Below, in pieces: positions 1 to 10,171 of a stretch of DNA of 64,000 nucleotides. Below the pieces are notes generated by a model, which was given only the letters and a program-made list of their open reading frames with translations, did not search any database and was not told where the DNA came from. The stretch comes from a bacterium (lineage in GTDB: Bacteria; RBG-13-61-14; DATKZS01). Both the position numbers and the translations under genes were made by a program. How positions within the stretch are numbered: position 1 is the stretch's first letter; the number at the start of each line of letters is the position of its first letter. The stretch lies in the NCBI GenBank assembly GCA_963674965.2, contig CAXXFL010000005.1, forward strand, positions 416,001 through 480,000, written 5' to 3'.

Positions 1-2
1 AC

Positions 3-3000
3 CGCGCCATCCACGTCCACGTCTCGGGCGCGTATGCTTACGTGGCCGATTATTCCAGCGGTCTAAAGATCATCGATATATCCAATCCGGCGAGTCCGAC
101 CCTGACGGGTTCATACGATACCTATAGAGCGCGCGACGTTTACTCGTCCGGGAATTACGCCTACGTGGCGGACGATACCGCCGGTCTCCTGGTTTTCGAC
201 GTCTCGAACCCCGCCAGTCCTTCTCAGATCGGGACATACAACACGGCGGGAAGCGCTTTCGGGGTTAAAGTCTCCGGTAATTACGCCTATGTGGCCGATT
301 CCGGAGCCGGACTTCAAATTATTGACGTCTCAAACCCGGCAAGCCCGACGTTAACCGGAAACTATAATACTCCCGACGAGTCCAAGGGAGTTTTCGTCTC
401 ATTTGGCTTGGCATACGTGGCCGATGACGGCGCCGGCCTTCAGATCATCGACGTCTCGAACCCCGCGGCCCCTTTCTTGACGGGATCATACGACACGACG
501 GGATACGCCATTGACGTTTTCGTCTCCGCTAATATGGTCTACGTCGCGGATGACTCAGCCGGTCTGCAAGTCATCGACGCCGACCTTCCCGACGGCGACG
601 GCGACGGCATGCACGACGCGTGGGAGAACGCGTATTCCTGCGTTATGGCCAACACGGTTGACGATACCGCCGACCCGGACGGCGACCTTTTGTCCAACGT
701 TTCGGAATTGGCGTACGACACGGACCCGTGCGATCCGGACACGGACGATGGAGGCCAGATTGACGGCAGCGAGGTTATCGCGGGCAGGGACCCGTTGTCT
801 CCCCTTGACGATTTTCCCGACACGGACGGCGACGGTTTGCCTGACGATTGGGAGAACACGTTCGATTGCATGATGGCGAACACGGTCGACGACGGCATGG
901 ACCACGACTCGGACACCCTGATCAATTCGGTCGAATACGGTCTTTCCACCGACCCGTGCTCGGAAGGCGCCGACGGCGACGGCATGGACGACGGCTGGGA
1001 GGCCCTTCACCCCTGCCTCGACCCGCTCTCGGCGGACTCCCTGGAAGACCCCGACTACGATTGGCTCACGAATTACCAGGAGTACGTGAGAGGGACCGAT
1101 CCCTGTGTATTTAACGACGCGGACGGCGATTCGATGCCCGACGGATGGGAGGAGACCTACGCTTGCATGCAGCCGAGCACGGTGGACGACAACCTTGACT
1201 ATGACGTCGACTACCGGATCAATATCGACGAATATGCCGCGTCCGCCGACCCCTGCGTCTCTGAGGACACGGACGGCGACGGCATGCCCGACGGGTGGGA
1301 GTTGCTGTACGCCTGCCTCGACGCGGACTCGGCCGACGCGACGCTCGATCCCGACGCGGATACCTTGAACAACCTCCAGGAGTATCAGGCCCTGACCGAC
1401 CCCTGCGTTCAAAACGACACGGACGGCGACGGAATGCCCGACGTCTGGGAAGCGGCATACGCCTGCATGCAGCCGAACACGGTTGACGACGGACTCGACT
1501 ACGACGGCGATTACTTTACGAACGCCGTGGAATACGCCGCCTCCACCAATCCTTGTATTTCCGAGGACACGGACGGCGACGGCATGCCCGACGGGTGGGA
1601 GTTGCTGTACGCCTGCCTCGACGCGGACTCGGCCGACGCGGCGCTCGATCCCGACGCCGACACCTTGACCAACCTCCAGGAGTATCAGGCTCAGACCGAC
1701 CCCTGCGTGGTCAACGACGCCGACGGCGACGGAATGCCCGACCACTGGGAGACGGCCTATCCGTGCATGGAGCCGAACACGGTTGACGACGGACTCGACT
1801 ACGACGGCGACGCGTTCACCAACCTGACGGAATACCAGAACTCGACCGACCCCTGCGCCGACCAGGACACGGACGGCGACGGCATGTTCGACGCCTGGGA
1901 AAACCTCCACGCCTGCGTCGACGCCCTGACCGGCGACTCCCTCCTCGACCCCGACTCGGACGGTATTCCGAACCTCGCCGAGTACCTGGCGGGGGCCGAC
2001 CCCTGCGCCGCGCCGCCGCCTATCTTCTTCGGGCCCGTGGATTCATTCACCGGAACCAGTTGTGGCGGCTATACAAGGCATCTGGCCTCGGGGGATTTCG
2101 ACGAGGACGGAGACATCGATATTGCGGGGTCATACGGCGGGGATTGCTATACTATCCTAACGAATCGCGGCCAGGGCAAAACGTTCACGGCGCAAAACTA
2201 TTCCACGGACGAGGAATTGGCCTACGTCATCGCCACCCAACTCCCCGGGGATTCAACCGTGGACCTCTTGTTCGTGTCCAACTATCAAGAGATAGGCATA
2301 TTTACGGGCGCGGGCAACGCCACCTTCTCACGTACCGGCGCCGTGCCGTTCGATCCCGTAATACGTATGCCGGCCTTGGGCGATTTCAACAACGATGGTA
2401 TCGACGACCTGGCGATAATCGGTTCCTGGATGACCGATTGTAATGAGTTACGAGTATACTTCGGCGACGCGTCGGGCGCGTTCGGCGATTTCGTCTCCAC
2501 CGACCTTCCTTACGAAATTGACGCCTACGACGTTGGGAACGTCGATTCCGACTCGACCTTGGATATCGTTTTCATGTCCGATGGCGTCCATACATTGCTC
2601 GGAGACGGCGCGGGCGGGTTCGGGCTGTCTCCGTATTCGTTAAGCGTCTCCGGTTCCGATATGGCTCTAGGCATGATCGACGGTGATTCGATACTCGATC
2701 TGGCGGTCCAAAGCAATGGAAACATAAGCATTTACTCGGGCGTGGGAGATGGATCGTTCATCTCTATTTCCACTATTCTCTCATTCTCAAATAATGAATT
2801 AATTGTTACGGACTATAACGAGGACGGTCGCGATGACTTTTTCTCGGTCACGGGTTCTTCGATACGGGCCGTTTTAAGCGAGGGTGACACCGGATATACT
2901 GATGTTCAATATATTTTCTATAAGTATATCTTAGAAGGCCCTGATATGCACATCGCCGACCTTGACGGCCGCTACCCGCTCGACGTTGTCGTGATCGACG

Positions 3001-6000
3001 AGACGCACGATATATATTTCATTTTCGGCGTGGACCTGACTCAGGACACGGACGGCGACGGCATGCCCGACGGATGGGAGGACTTGTATTTCTGCGTGGA
3101 CTCGTCCGTTCCGGACGCGGCCGCCGACCCGAACGGCGACGGCGCCTCGAACCTGGTCGAGTATCATAACGCGACGGACCCTTGCTTTGACGCCGACGCC
3201 GACGGCGACGGCATGCCCAACATGTGGGAGGCGCTCTACGCGTGCATGCAAAGCGCTACCGTTGACAAAGACGCGGATTTCGACGGCGACTATCGGACCA
3301 ATTACTACGAATACACGCGCTCCACGAATCCTTGCGTGGCCGAGGACGCCGATGGCGACGGCATGCCCGACGGCTGGGAGGACCTTAATAATTGCACCGA
3401 TACCGCAATTGGAGACAGCCTGGAAGACCCCGACTGCGACCTTATGACCAACGCGCAGGAGTTGGCGGCCCAGACGGACCCCTGCGACGCCGGAACGACG
3501 GTCGATCCCTGTTCCGTCTTGGATTCGGACGGGGATGGCATGACGGACGGCTGGGAAGAACAACAGGCCGAGTGCGGCCTTGATCCGCTGGTGGGGGACT
3601 CCCTCGGAGACCCCGATTCCGACGGCCTGACCAACATGGCCGAGTTCCTTCATAACGCCGACGCCTGTCGAATGGACGGCGACGGCGACGGGCTGATCGA
3701 TTTGCTCGAGGTATCGGCTTACCTTACCGATCCGGCCAATCCCGACAGCGACGGCGACGGCTTGTCCGACGCGTTTGAAGTGGGCATCGTGGCCGGCGCG
3801 GGCCCGAACCAGGCCCTGGACTCGACGCCCGGCGGAGACGACGTGGTCCACGACCACGCCATATGGCTCGGGCCCGACGGCGTTCCCGGCACGACAATTA
3901 GCGGCGACGACCTCGAGGTATCCATGGCGGACAGGCGCCGTTTCCTTACCTCCCCCACCGTGGTGGATTCCGATACCGATGGGGTCGGAGATTATAAAGA
4001 GGCCGCGTTTGGATCGAACCCGCTTGATCCGGGCATAACGCCCGTATGGATGATATTGTCCGACGAGGTGAGGATCACTTACGACGCCCAAAATTACGGC
4101 GGCTTTGATTACGATGGCCATACCGATCCTCATCTTGTCTGGACGGGCTCGGAGTTCGGGCTGGTTCACACCGGTGAAATCTTCAAGCGCGTAAGTCCCG
4201 ACGGGCGCGTCGTCAAAGCTAACATGACAATACCCGACCTTGACGGATGGGCCAATGCGCTGGTTTGGACCGGCTCGGAATACGGCCTTATCGCGGGCAA
4301 CGGTTTTAAAATTTTCAACGGGTGGGGCTCCGTCGTCGACTCTTTTACCGTTACCGACGCCGAACACGTTGCCTGGGCGGACGACAGGTTCGGGTTCGGG
4401 GGCTATGACGCGGCCGTAACCTCGATGGACGGCACTCCGCTTTCTTCGGCCAAGCGAGCGGGATGTATAACCCATGACTTCGGATACGGTCACGGCTTCA
4501 ATATGTCCTGGACGGGCAGCGAGTTCGGAGTGTTTTACGAATGCAGAGATGAGACATATTTCACGAGATTGTCCGCCACCGGGGAATTCCTTTCCTGCCA
4601 TGAACTGGGACCCCACGTGGCGTCGGGAGCGTCCGTGAATACATTGTCGTCGGCGTGGACGGGGTCCGAATACGGCGTCGTCTGGAAGGACGAGGACTAT
4701 GGTCCGGTATATTTCACTAGATTCGCCGGGCAGGGCGGCAAGATAGGCGACGCCGTCCGGATTTCGGGTGACGGCTATTACTCCGGCATAACCTGGAACG
4801 GTACGGAGTATGGCATAATAAGCTACCACCGCCGCGGAGATATTTTCTTTGACGCCGTGTCCGGCGCCGGAGACACCCTGTTCGCGGAAACAAGTATCGA
4901 CGGGCGCGTTATCGAGACGTCATCTCCAATATGGACTGGTTCAGAATACGTAATCGCGTGGATCAATTATACGGACCACGAAGTATACTTATCGCGTTTT
5001 ACAAGGGACTCCGACGGCGACGGGATAAAGGACTCCTGGGAGATCGGGGCGTGTACGGACAGTGACGATTTCGACTCGGACGGGGACGGGACGCCGGACG
5101 GCGCGGACGACGCGGACGGCGACGGGGTACCGGACGCGTACGACCCGGACAACTGCGCGGCCGACGCGGACGGCGACGGGATGAGTGACGGCTGGGAATA
5201 CGCGAACGGCCTGGACCTTTCGAGAGACGACGCTCGGTCCGACGCTGACGGTGACGGCCTGTCCAACATGGGCGAGATGGGGGCGGGGAGCGATCCGAAC
5301 GCGGCTGATTCGGACGGCGACGGGATGGACGACGGCTACGAGGTCGAGCACGGCCTCGACCCGCTGGCGGGCGACACTGCCTCCGACCCGGACGGCGACG
5401 GCCTGTCCAACCTGGGCGAGTACAACCTCGGTACCTCCGCGTCCGACCCGGACACCGACAACGACGGCCTGGACGACGGCGTCGAGGCCGCCCTGGGTAC
5501 TGACCCGCTCTACCTCGACTCCGACGGCGACGGCATAGCCGACGGACCCGAGGTGAACCTGTTCCTCACAAGCCCCCTCGCGGGCGACACCGACACCGAC
5601 GGCGACGGCCTGCCCGACCTCGTCGAAACCGGCTCCGGCTCCTTCACGAGCTGGACCGACGTCGGCACCGACCCCGCCGACCCGGACACCGACGACGACA
5701 CCGTAAACGACTGGTCCGAATTACGCTCCGGATCGAACCCGTTCGACGCGGCGATAACGCCAAATGGAGGAGACATTTCCGAGCCGAAACTTCTGATTGG
5801 TGAAGACACGGAAATACCGTATATGGGCTGTGAGATTTATGGAAACAATAGCCCATCCGAACTTGTCTGGACCGGATCGGAGTACGGCTTGTTTTTTGAA
5901 ATACTGGATAACGCCTTCTTTACTCGAATAACTTTGGGAGGAGATACGATCGGGGTCAGATCGATGAGTGACGATAATGGCGACTTCGTAGACATGGCGT

Positions 6001-7877
6001 GGAACGGTTATAATTACGGAGTGGCCAGCATAGGCGATCAATTCATTTCAGCTCTTAAACTCGCCTCCGACGGGTCCACCGTGACCGGACCATATATATT
6101 TAGTCGCGATGAATCACCCTCGCTTGCGGAAATCAGGTGGGATGGAAACAGGTTCGGCATTTTTGATTCCGGATGGGGTAACAACTTCTTTACCAGGCAC
6201 TCTTTGTCCGTTATTGAACCGGGCGACGGTGAACCTATACTGTTTGGAAGCAACGGACACTTCATCGACGCGGTTTGGACCGGCAGCGAGTACGGCATTG
6301 TTGTCTGGCATTCTGATTCTGTAGGCAATGTCTTCAATCGCCTAGACGCGAATGGAACGGTTTTAGACGCCGACACTCCTTGCGATGGTTGCGATAAAAT
6401 TGTCTGGACCGGCAGCGAGTACGGCATTGCGGCGATATGCCAAGACGGACAATTATGTCTGAAGCGCGTTTCCGCTGACGGACAAAAAATAATTCAAAGC
6501 GGCCAACTTTCCAATCATGGGTCTTCCGATCTATATGTAGAAGATATTATATGGACTGGCTCCGAATTCGGCATCGTCTACTTCGAAGACGATTGGGGGG
6601 ATTTTGCTATTTATTTCTCCAGGGTTTCCGCCGCCGGCGATAGAGTGATCAAGAACATACAGACAATATCCGACTTCTCCGTGTTCACTGAAAACTTTAA
6701 ATTATCAGAGCTTGCCTGGACCGGAAATGAATACGGTTTTGTATTTTATGACGAACAATCCTGTTATATAGGACCATACTTCGCCAGCTTCTCCGCCGAC
6801 GAAGACATGGACGGAGACGGCTTGACGGTCGCGGAGGAGACTGCCGCGGGTTGCCTGCCCGACGACTGGGACACGGACGACGACGGTATTTCCGACGGCG
6901 CCGAGGTGGGGGGCACGCACGGCACGGACCCGACCCTGGCGGACACCGACGGCGACGGTCTGTCGGACGGACAGGAGATCAATACCTACTCGACCGATCC
7001 AACGGACCCGGACACCGACGACGACGGCGCGAACGACGGGATAGAGGTCGGACTTGGCCTTAACCCCTTGAACTGGGACACCGACGGCGACGCGCTGCCC
7101 GACGGGTTCGAGGTGGACAACTCGGTGGGGCACGGGGCCTCGGGGCTGGACCCGCTGTCGGCGGGCGACGGGTTGGGGGCGGACTTTGACGACGACGGTA
7201 TCGAGAACTCCCACGAGTACTGGAACGGGACGGACATATGGGTGGTGGACGTAACGGGCGGCGCGTCCTGCTTCAGTTGGGGCGACGCGGGAGACCTCGC
7301 CGCGGCCGACGGATTGGTCTCGCCCCTGGACATGACCATCTTGAAAAACAGGATCCTCGGCAATAGCGCGTCCTACTCGGGCGTGCTCCCGCCCAACGGA
7401 GACAGCCAAAAATTGATGGGCGACCCGGCGGGAGTCTCGCCCCTGGACCTCAGCTTGATCCAGGCCATGATCAGCGGGAACGACACGGCCTCGAACCCCA
7501 CCATCCCCACGGACCTGGTGGTGGACGGCGACGCCTCGCGGAGCGTGGCGGAGGGCGCGACCACGCGGGTGACCGTGAGCGTTGTCAACTCTTCGGCCAT
7601 CGGCTACTCCTCCTCCTTCGGCGTGGTCTTCGAGATCGACCCGAGCTCGACCGGCTCGGCCACCCTCCTCGGCGGCGAGGGCCCGAGCGGGACCGGCCGC
7701 TACGACGTCTCCGGCGCCATGGCCTCGGGCGGCCTCTCGTCCATCGTCGTGCGGGTGGACGCGCCCGGCACCATCTATATAAACGCGACTCTCCCGCCCT
7801 GCGGCGACCAGTCGGGCAAGGGCCGCTACTGCCCGGAGATCGAGAAAGCGCCGGCGGTGACCATAGTGGGATATTAA
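3..7877 (+). CDS. Giant modular surface/secreted protein (5'-partial): LVIVD repeats, Cys-paired DxDxDG (thrombospondin type-3-like) repeats, FG-GAP domain, two WTGSE-repeat domains, C-terminal dockerin-like module
   Basis: Frame is open from nt 3 (RAIHVHVSGAYAYVAD), so the gene starts left of the window. YAYVAD..GLQIIDVSNP repeats; many DGDGMPDxWE...EY...TDPC units; GDFDEDGDID and GDFNNDGIDDLA motifs at ~2020-3030; W[TN]G[ST]E[YF]G repeats at ~4060-5010 and ~5780-6800. Confidence 0.9.
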   Translation, partial: RAIHVHVSGAYAYVADYSSGLKIIDISNPASPTLTGSYDTYRARDVYSSGNYAYVADDTAGLLVFDVSNPASPSQIGTYNTAGSAFGVKVSGNYAYVADSGAGLQIIDVSNPASPTLTGNYNTPDESKGVFVSFGLAYVADDGAGLQIIDVSNPAAPFLTGSYDTTGYAIDVFVSANMVYVADDSAGLQVIDADLPDGDGDGMHDAWENAYSCVMANTVDDTADPDGDLLSNVSELAYDTDPCDPDTDDGGQIDGSEVIAGRDPLSPLDDFPDTDGDGLPDDWENTFDCMMANTVDDGMDHDSDTLINSVEYGLSTDPCSEGADGDGMDDGWEALHPCLDPLSADSLEDPDYDWLTNYQEYVRGTDPCVFNDADGDSMPDGWEETYACMQPSTVDDNLDYDVDYRINIDEYAASADPCVSEDTDGDGMPDGWELLYACLDADSADATLDPDADTLNNLQEYQALTDPCVQNDTDGDGMPDVWEAAYACMQPNTVDDGLDYDGDYFTNAVEYAASTNPCISEDTDGDGMPDGWELLYACLDADSADAALDPDADTLTNLQEYQAQTDPCVVNDADGDGMPDHWETAYPCMEPNTVDDGLDYDGDAFTNLTEYQNSTDPCADQDTDGDGMFDAWENLHACVDALTGDSLLDPDSDGIPNLAEYLAGADPCAAPPPIFFGPVDSFTGTSCGGYTRHLASGDFDEDGDIDIAGSYGGDCYTILTNRGQGKTFTAQNYSTDEELAYVIATQLPGDSTVDLLFVSNYQEIGIFTGAGNATFSRTGAVPFDPVIRMPALGDFNNDGIDDLAIIGSWMTDCNELRVYFGDASGAFGDFVSTDLPYEIDAYDVGNVDSDSTLDIVFMSDGVHTLLGDGAGGFGLSPYSLSVSGSDMALGMIDGDSILDLAVQSNGNISIYSGVGDGSFISISTILSFSNNELIVTDYNEDGRDDFFSVTGSSIRAVLSEGDTGYTDVQYIFYKYILEGPDMHIADLDGRYPLDVVVIDETHDIYFIFGVDLTQDTDGDGMPDGWEDLYFCVDSSVPDAAADPNGDGASNLVEYHNATDPCFDADADGDGMPNMWEALYACMQSATVDKDADFDGDYRTNYYEYTRSTNPCVAEDADGDGMPDGWEDLNNCTDTAIGDSLEDPDCDLMTNAQELAAQTDPCDAGTTVDPCSVLDSDGDGMTDGWEEQQAECGLDPLVGDSLGDPDSDGLTNMAEFLHNADACRMDGDGDGLIDLLEVSAYLTDPANPDSDGDGLSDAFEVGIVAGAGPNQALDSTPGGDDVVHDHAIWLGPDGVPGTTISGDDLEVSMADRRRFLTSPTVVDSDTDGVGDYKEAAFGSNPLDPGITPVWMILSDEVRITYDAQNYGGFDYDGHTDPHLVWTGSEFGLVHTGEIFKRVSPDGRVVKANMTIPDLDGWANALVWTGSEYGLIAGNGFKIFNGWGSVVDSFTVTDAEHVAWADDRFGFGGYDAAVTSMDGTPLSSAKRAGCITHDFGYGHGFNMSWTGSEFGVFYECRDETYFTRLSATGEFLSCHELGPHVASGASVNTLSSAWTGSEYGVVWKDEDYGPVYFTRFAGQGGKIGDAVRISGDGYYSGITWNGTEYGIISYHRRGDIFFDAVSGAGDTLFAETSIDGRVIETSSPIWTGSEYVIAWINYTDHEVYLSRFTRDSDGDGIKDSWEIGACTDSDDFDSDGDGTPDGADDADGDGVPDAYDPDNCAADADGDGMSDGWEYANGLDLSRDDARSDADGDGLSNMGEMGAGSDPNAADSDGDGMDDGYEVEHGLDPLAGDTASDPDGDGLSNLGEYNLGTSASDPDTDNDGLDDGVEAALGTDPLYLDSDGDGIADGPEVNLFLTSPLAGDTDTDGDGLPDLVETGSGSFTSWTDVGTDPADPDTDDDTVNDWSELRSGSNPFDAAITPNGGDISEPKLLIGEDTEIPYMGCEIYGNNSPSELVWTGSEYGLFFEILDNAFFTRITLGGDTIGVRSMSDDNGDFVDMAWNGYNYGVASIGDQFISALKLASDGSTVTGPYIFSRDESPSLAEIRWDGNRFGIFDSGWGNNFFTRHSLSVIEPGDGEPILFGSNGHFIDAVWTGSEYGIVVWHSDSVGNVFNRLDANGTVLDADTPCDGCDKIVWTGSEYGIAAICQDGQLCLKRVSADGQKIIQSGQLSNHGSSDLYVEDIIWTGSEFGIVYFEDDWGDFAIYFSRVSAAGDRVIKNIQTISDFSVFTENFKLSELAWTGNEYGFVFYDEQSCYIGPYFASFSADEDMDGDGLTVAEETAAGCLPDDWDTDDDGISDGAEVGGTHGTDPTLADTDGDGLSDGQEINTYSTDPTDPDTDDDGANDGIEVGLGLNPLNWDTDGDALPDGFEVDNSVGHGASGLDPLSAGDGLGADFDDDGIENSHEYWNGTDIWVVDVTGGASCFSWGDAGDLAAADGLVSPLDMTILKNRILGNSASYSGVLPPNGDSQKLMGDPAGVSPLDLSLIQAMISGNDTASNPTIPTDLVVDGDASRSVAEGATTRVTVSVVNSSAIGYSSSFGVVFEIDPSSTGSATLLGGEGPSGTGRYDVSGAMASGGLSSIVVRVDAPGTIYINATLPPCGDQSGKGRYCPEIEKAPAVTIVGY
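1113..2010 (+). repeat. Intragenic tandem repeat, 150-bp (50-aa) units with 300-bp higher-order period
   Basis: 1263-1390 and 1563-1690 are nearly identical at DNA level; 1417-1512 and 1717-1812 likewise. Confidence 0.85.
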
Positions 7878-7988
7878 TTAAGGGGAAACAATTTCTTGTT
7901 AATGTAGCTCAATCCCTTTAGCGCCAATAGGGAGAGCGTGACGCTGGCCCCGCGGGAAGTAAGATAATGGAAGTAGGAGGAGAGTGCG

Positions 7989-9899
7989 ATGATTAATTCA
8001 AGAGCCTTAAGGAATGCCGTAATATTTACAGTCGCGGCTATTATAGGGGCCTTTTATGAGCCAAGTCACGCCTCGGCCCAACTCAACCTCACGTTATTGG
8101 GATCATACGACACTTCGGGGACTGCCTTCGACGTTTCCGTTGCCGGAAATTACGCGTACGTGGCTGATTCCCGGGATGGACTTCTGATTATTGACATATC
8201 TGATCCGACAAGCCCCAGTTTGGTCGGCAACTACGAAGCCGGGACAAAGGGTGTTTATATTTCAGGAGAATACGCTTACGTTACGCAGCCCTTGTTGCGA
8301 CTTTACATCATTGATATATCGGAACCCATCAGTCCCACGTTAAAGGGAAGCTATCGTCTTGGCGATATTGTCAATGACGTTTTTGTTTCCAATAATTACG
8401 CCTACGTTGCTTGTAGCGATTCAGGCCTCTTCATCGTCGACGTTTCCAATCCGAGCAGTCCAAGCCTAATTGGGTTCTATGATACTTCCGGAAGCGCCTA
8501 TGACGTATACGTGGAGGGGAGTTACGCCTATGTCGCGGATTACAATACGGGACTGCATATTATTGACGTCTCCGATCCCGCCTCGCCGTTCAGGGTCGGC
8601 TTGTTCGATACAACGGGCGCGGAGCAAAGCGTGCGCGTTGTTAGTGACTATGCATATCTCGCGGCCTATGGCTATGGCTTTGTAGTCCTCAACGTCTCCG
8701 ATCCATCGGCGCCCTACCAAGTTGGAATAAATGAACAGGTTCTTAACGCTCACGGCCTTGAAGTATTAAACGAGTACGTTTTCGTGGCGGATGACTCTAA
8801 AGGTATTAAAGTCGTTGACGTGTCAGACCCCACGAGTCCGACTATAATTGGGGAGCACGAGAATTCAGGTAACGCTTATAGAGTTGACGCGTCTTTTAGC
8901 CACGCCTTCTTAGCTGACGGCGGAGCCGGCCTGTTGATATTTGCCTTTGATGACGGCGACGGTGACGGCCTTCCCGATCCATGGGAGGACGCCCATGAAT
9001 GCATGATGGCCAGCACCGTTGACGACGGCTATGATTACGATGAGGACGCTTTGGATAATTACGGTGAATATGTTTCCGGGACCGACCCATGTGATTGGGA
9101 CACCGACGGCGACGCGCTTCCGGACGGATTCGAGGTCGAGAACTCGGTGGGGCATGGGGACGCGGGGCTGGACCCGCTTTGCTCGGACGACGGCTTGGGC
9201 GAGGACTTTGACGGCGACGGGATCGAGAACTCGCATGAGTACTATAACGGAACGGATATATGGTCCGTTGACGTTACTGGCGGGGCTTCCTGCTACAGTT
9301 GGGGTGACTCGGGCGACCCGGTGGCCGCTGACGGCGTCGTGTCCCCACTGGACGCGGCGGCTTTAATGAACAGGATAGTCGGCAACGACGTTTCCTACTC
9401 GGGCGCGCTGCCTCCAAACGGTGACGGCCAGCGCTTAATGGGGGACCCTTTGGGAGTATCGCCCTTGGATTTATCTCTCCTGATGTCCATGATCAGCGGT
9501 AACGATTCGGCCGCGAACCCCACCACACCGACCGACCTGGTGGTGGAAGGAAACATTTTATCGAGCGTGGAGGAGGGATCGACGGAGCGAGTGACGGTGA
9601 GCGTTGTCAACTCCTCGGCCATCGGCTACACCTCGTCTATAGGGGTGGTATTTGAGATCGACCCGGCCTCGACCGGCGCGGCCACCCTCCTCGGCGGCGA
9701 GGGCCCGAGCGGGACGGGGCGTTACGACGTGTCCGGGGCCATGGACTCGGGCGGCCTCTCGTCCATCGTCGTCCGGGTCGATGCCCCCGGCATGATCTAC
9801 CTCAACGCGACTCTCCCGCCCTGCGGCGACCAGTCGGGGAAGGGGAGGTATTGTCCGGAAATCGAGAAAGCGCCGGCGGTGACGATAGTGGGGTATTGA
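7989..9899 (+). CDS. Secreted LVIVD-repeat protein with the same C-terminal dockerin-like module as the upstream giant protein
   Basis: AGGAGG RBS; signal-peptide-like N-terminus ending ASA; about 7 LVIVD repeats; C-terminal ~268 aa align without gaps to the ORF1 C-terminus. Confidence 0.9.
   Translation: MINSRALRNAVIFTVAAIIGAFYEPSHASAQLNLTLLGSYDTSGTAFDVSVAGNYAYVADSRDGLLIIDISDPTSPSLVGNYEAGTKGVYISGEYAYVTQPLLRLYIIDISEPISPTLKGSYRLGDIVNDVFVSNNYAYVACSDSGLFIVDVSNPSSPSLIGFYDTSGSAYDVYVEGSYAYVADYNTGLHIIDVSDPASPFRVGLFDTTGAEQSVRVVSDYAYLAAYGYGFVVLNVSDPSAPYQVGINEQVLNAHGLEVLNEYVFVADDSKGIKVVDVSDPTSPTIIGEHENSGNAYRVDASFSHAFLADGGAGLLIFAFDDGDGDGLPDPWEDAHECMMASTVDDGYDYDEDALDNYGEYVSGTDPCDWDTDGDALPDGFEVENSVGHGDAGLDPLCSDDGLGEDFDGDGIENSHEYYNGTDIWSVDVTGGASCYSWGDSGDPVAADGVVSPLDAAALMNRIVGNDVSYSGALPPNGDGQRLMGDPLGVSPLDLSLLMSMISGNDSAANPTTPTDLVVEGNILSSVEEGSTERVTVSVVNSSAIGYTSSIGVVFEIDPASTGAATLLGGEGPSGTGRYDVSGAMDSGGLSSIVVRVDAPGMIYLNATLPPCGDQSGKGRYCPEIEKAPAVTIVGY
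9096..9899 (+). repeat. Diverged direct repeat of 7074-7877 (shared C-terminal module)
   Basis: Constant 2022-nt offset from TGGGACACCGACGGCGAC to the stop codon; both proteins end CPEIEKAPAVTIVGY. Confidence 0.9.
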
Positions 9900-10171
9900 C
9901 GAGGCCGAAAAAGGTGGCCCGACCGGTTTTTCAAAAACCGGCCGGGACCGGCGAAGCCGGATAGGTGCAAGAGCAAGATGACCCAGAACGGTGGAAAGAT
10001 GAGGTTTCGCGGAGAGCCGTGGTTGCCTACCCATCCCGCTTCGCGGGGAGCCGTGACCCGCTCGCTACGCTCGCCCATATAGCGGGGTCTAGACGTTACT
10101 TGTATTTTAAGACCCGACCGCTGGTTACCCGTTTCCCGCTAAAGGCTCGAGCCCGGCGGAGGAGGCCATAA

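Noticed and set aside
588-2010. Regular repeats as a CRISPR array
   Set aside because: In-frame 150-bp protein repeats with no constant repeat/unique spacer pattern and no cas genes.
555-4829. Long antisense ORFs (555-1910, 2931-4829) and similar ones elsewhere (18403-20001, 33474-35096)
   Set aside because: Shadow frames opposite well-supported genes in GC-rich DNA; no recognisable motifs.
7074-9899. Duplicated C-termini as a DGR template/variable repeat pair
   Set aside because: Both copies are coding, differences are not adenine-restricted, and no reverse transcriptase is in the window.
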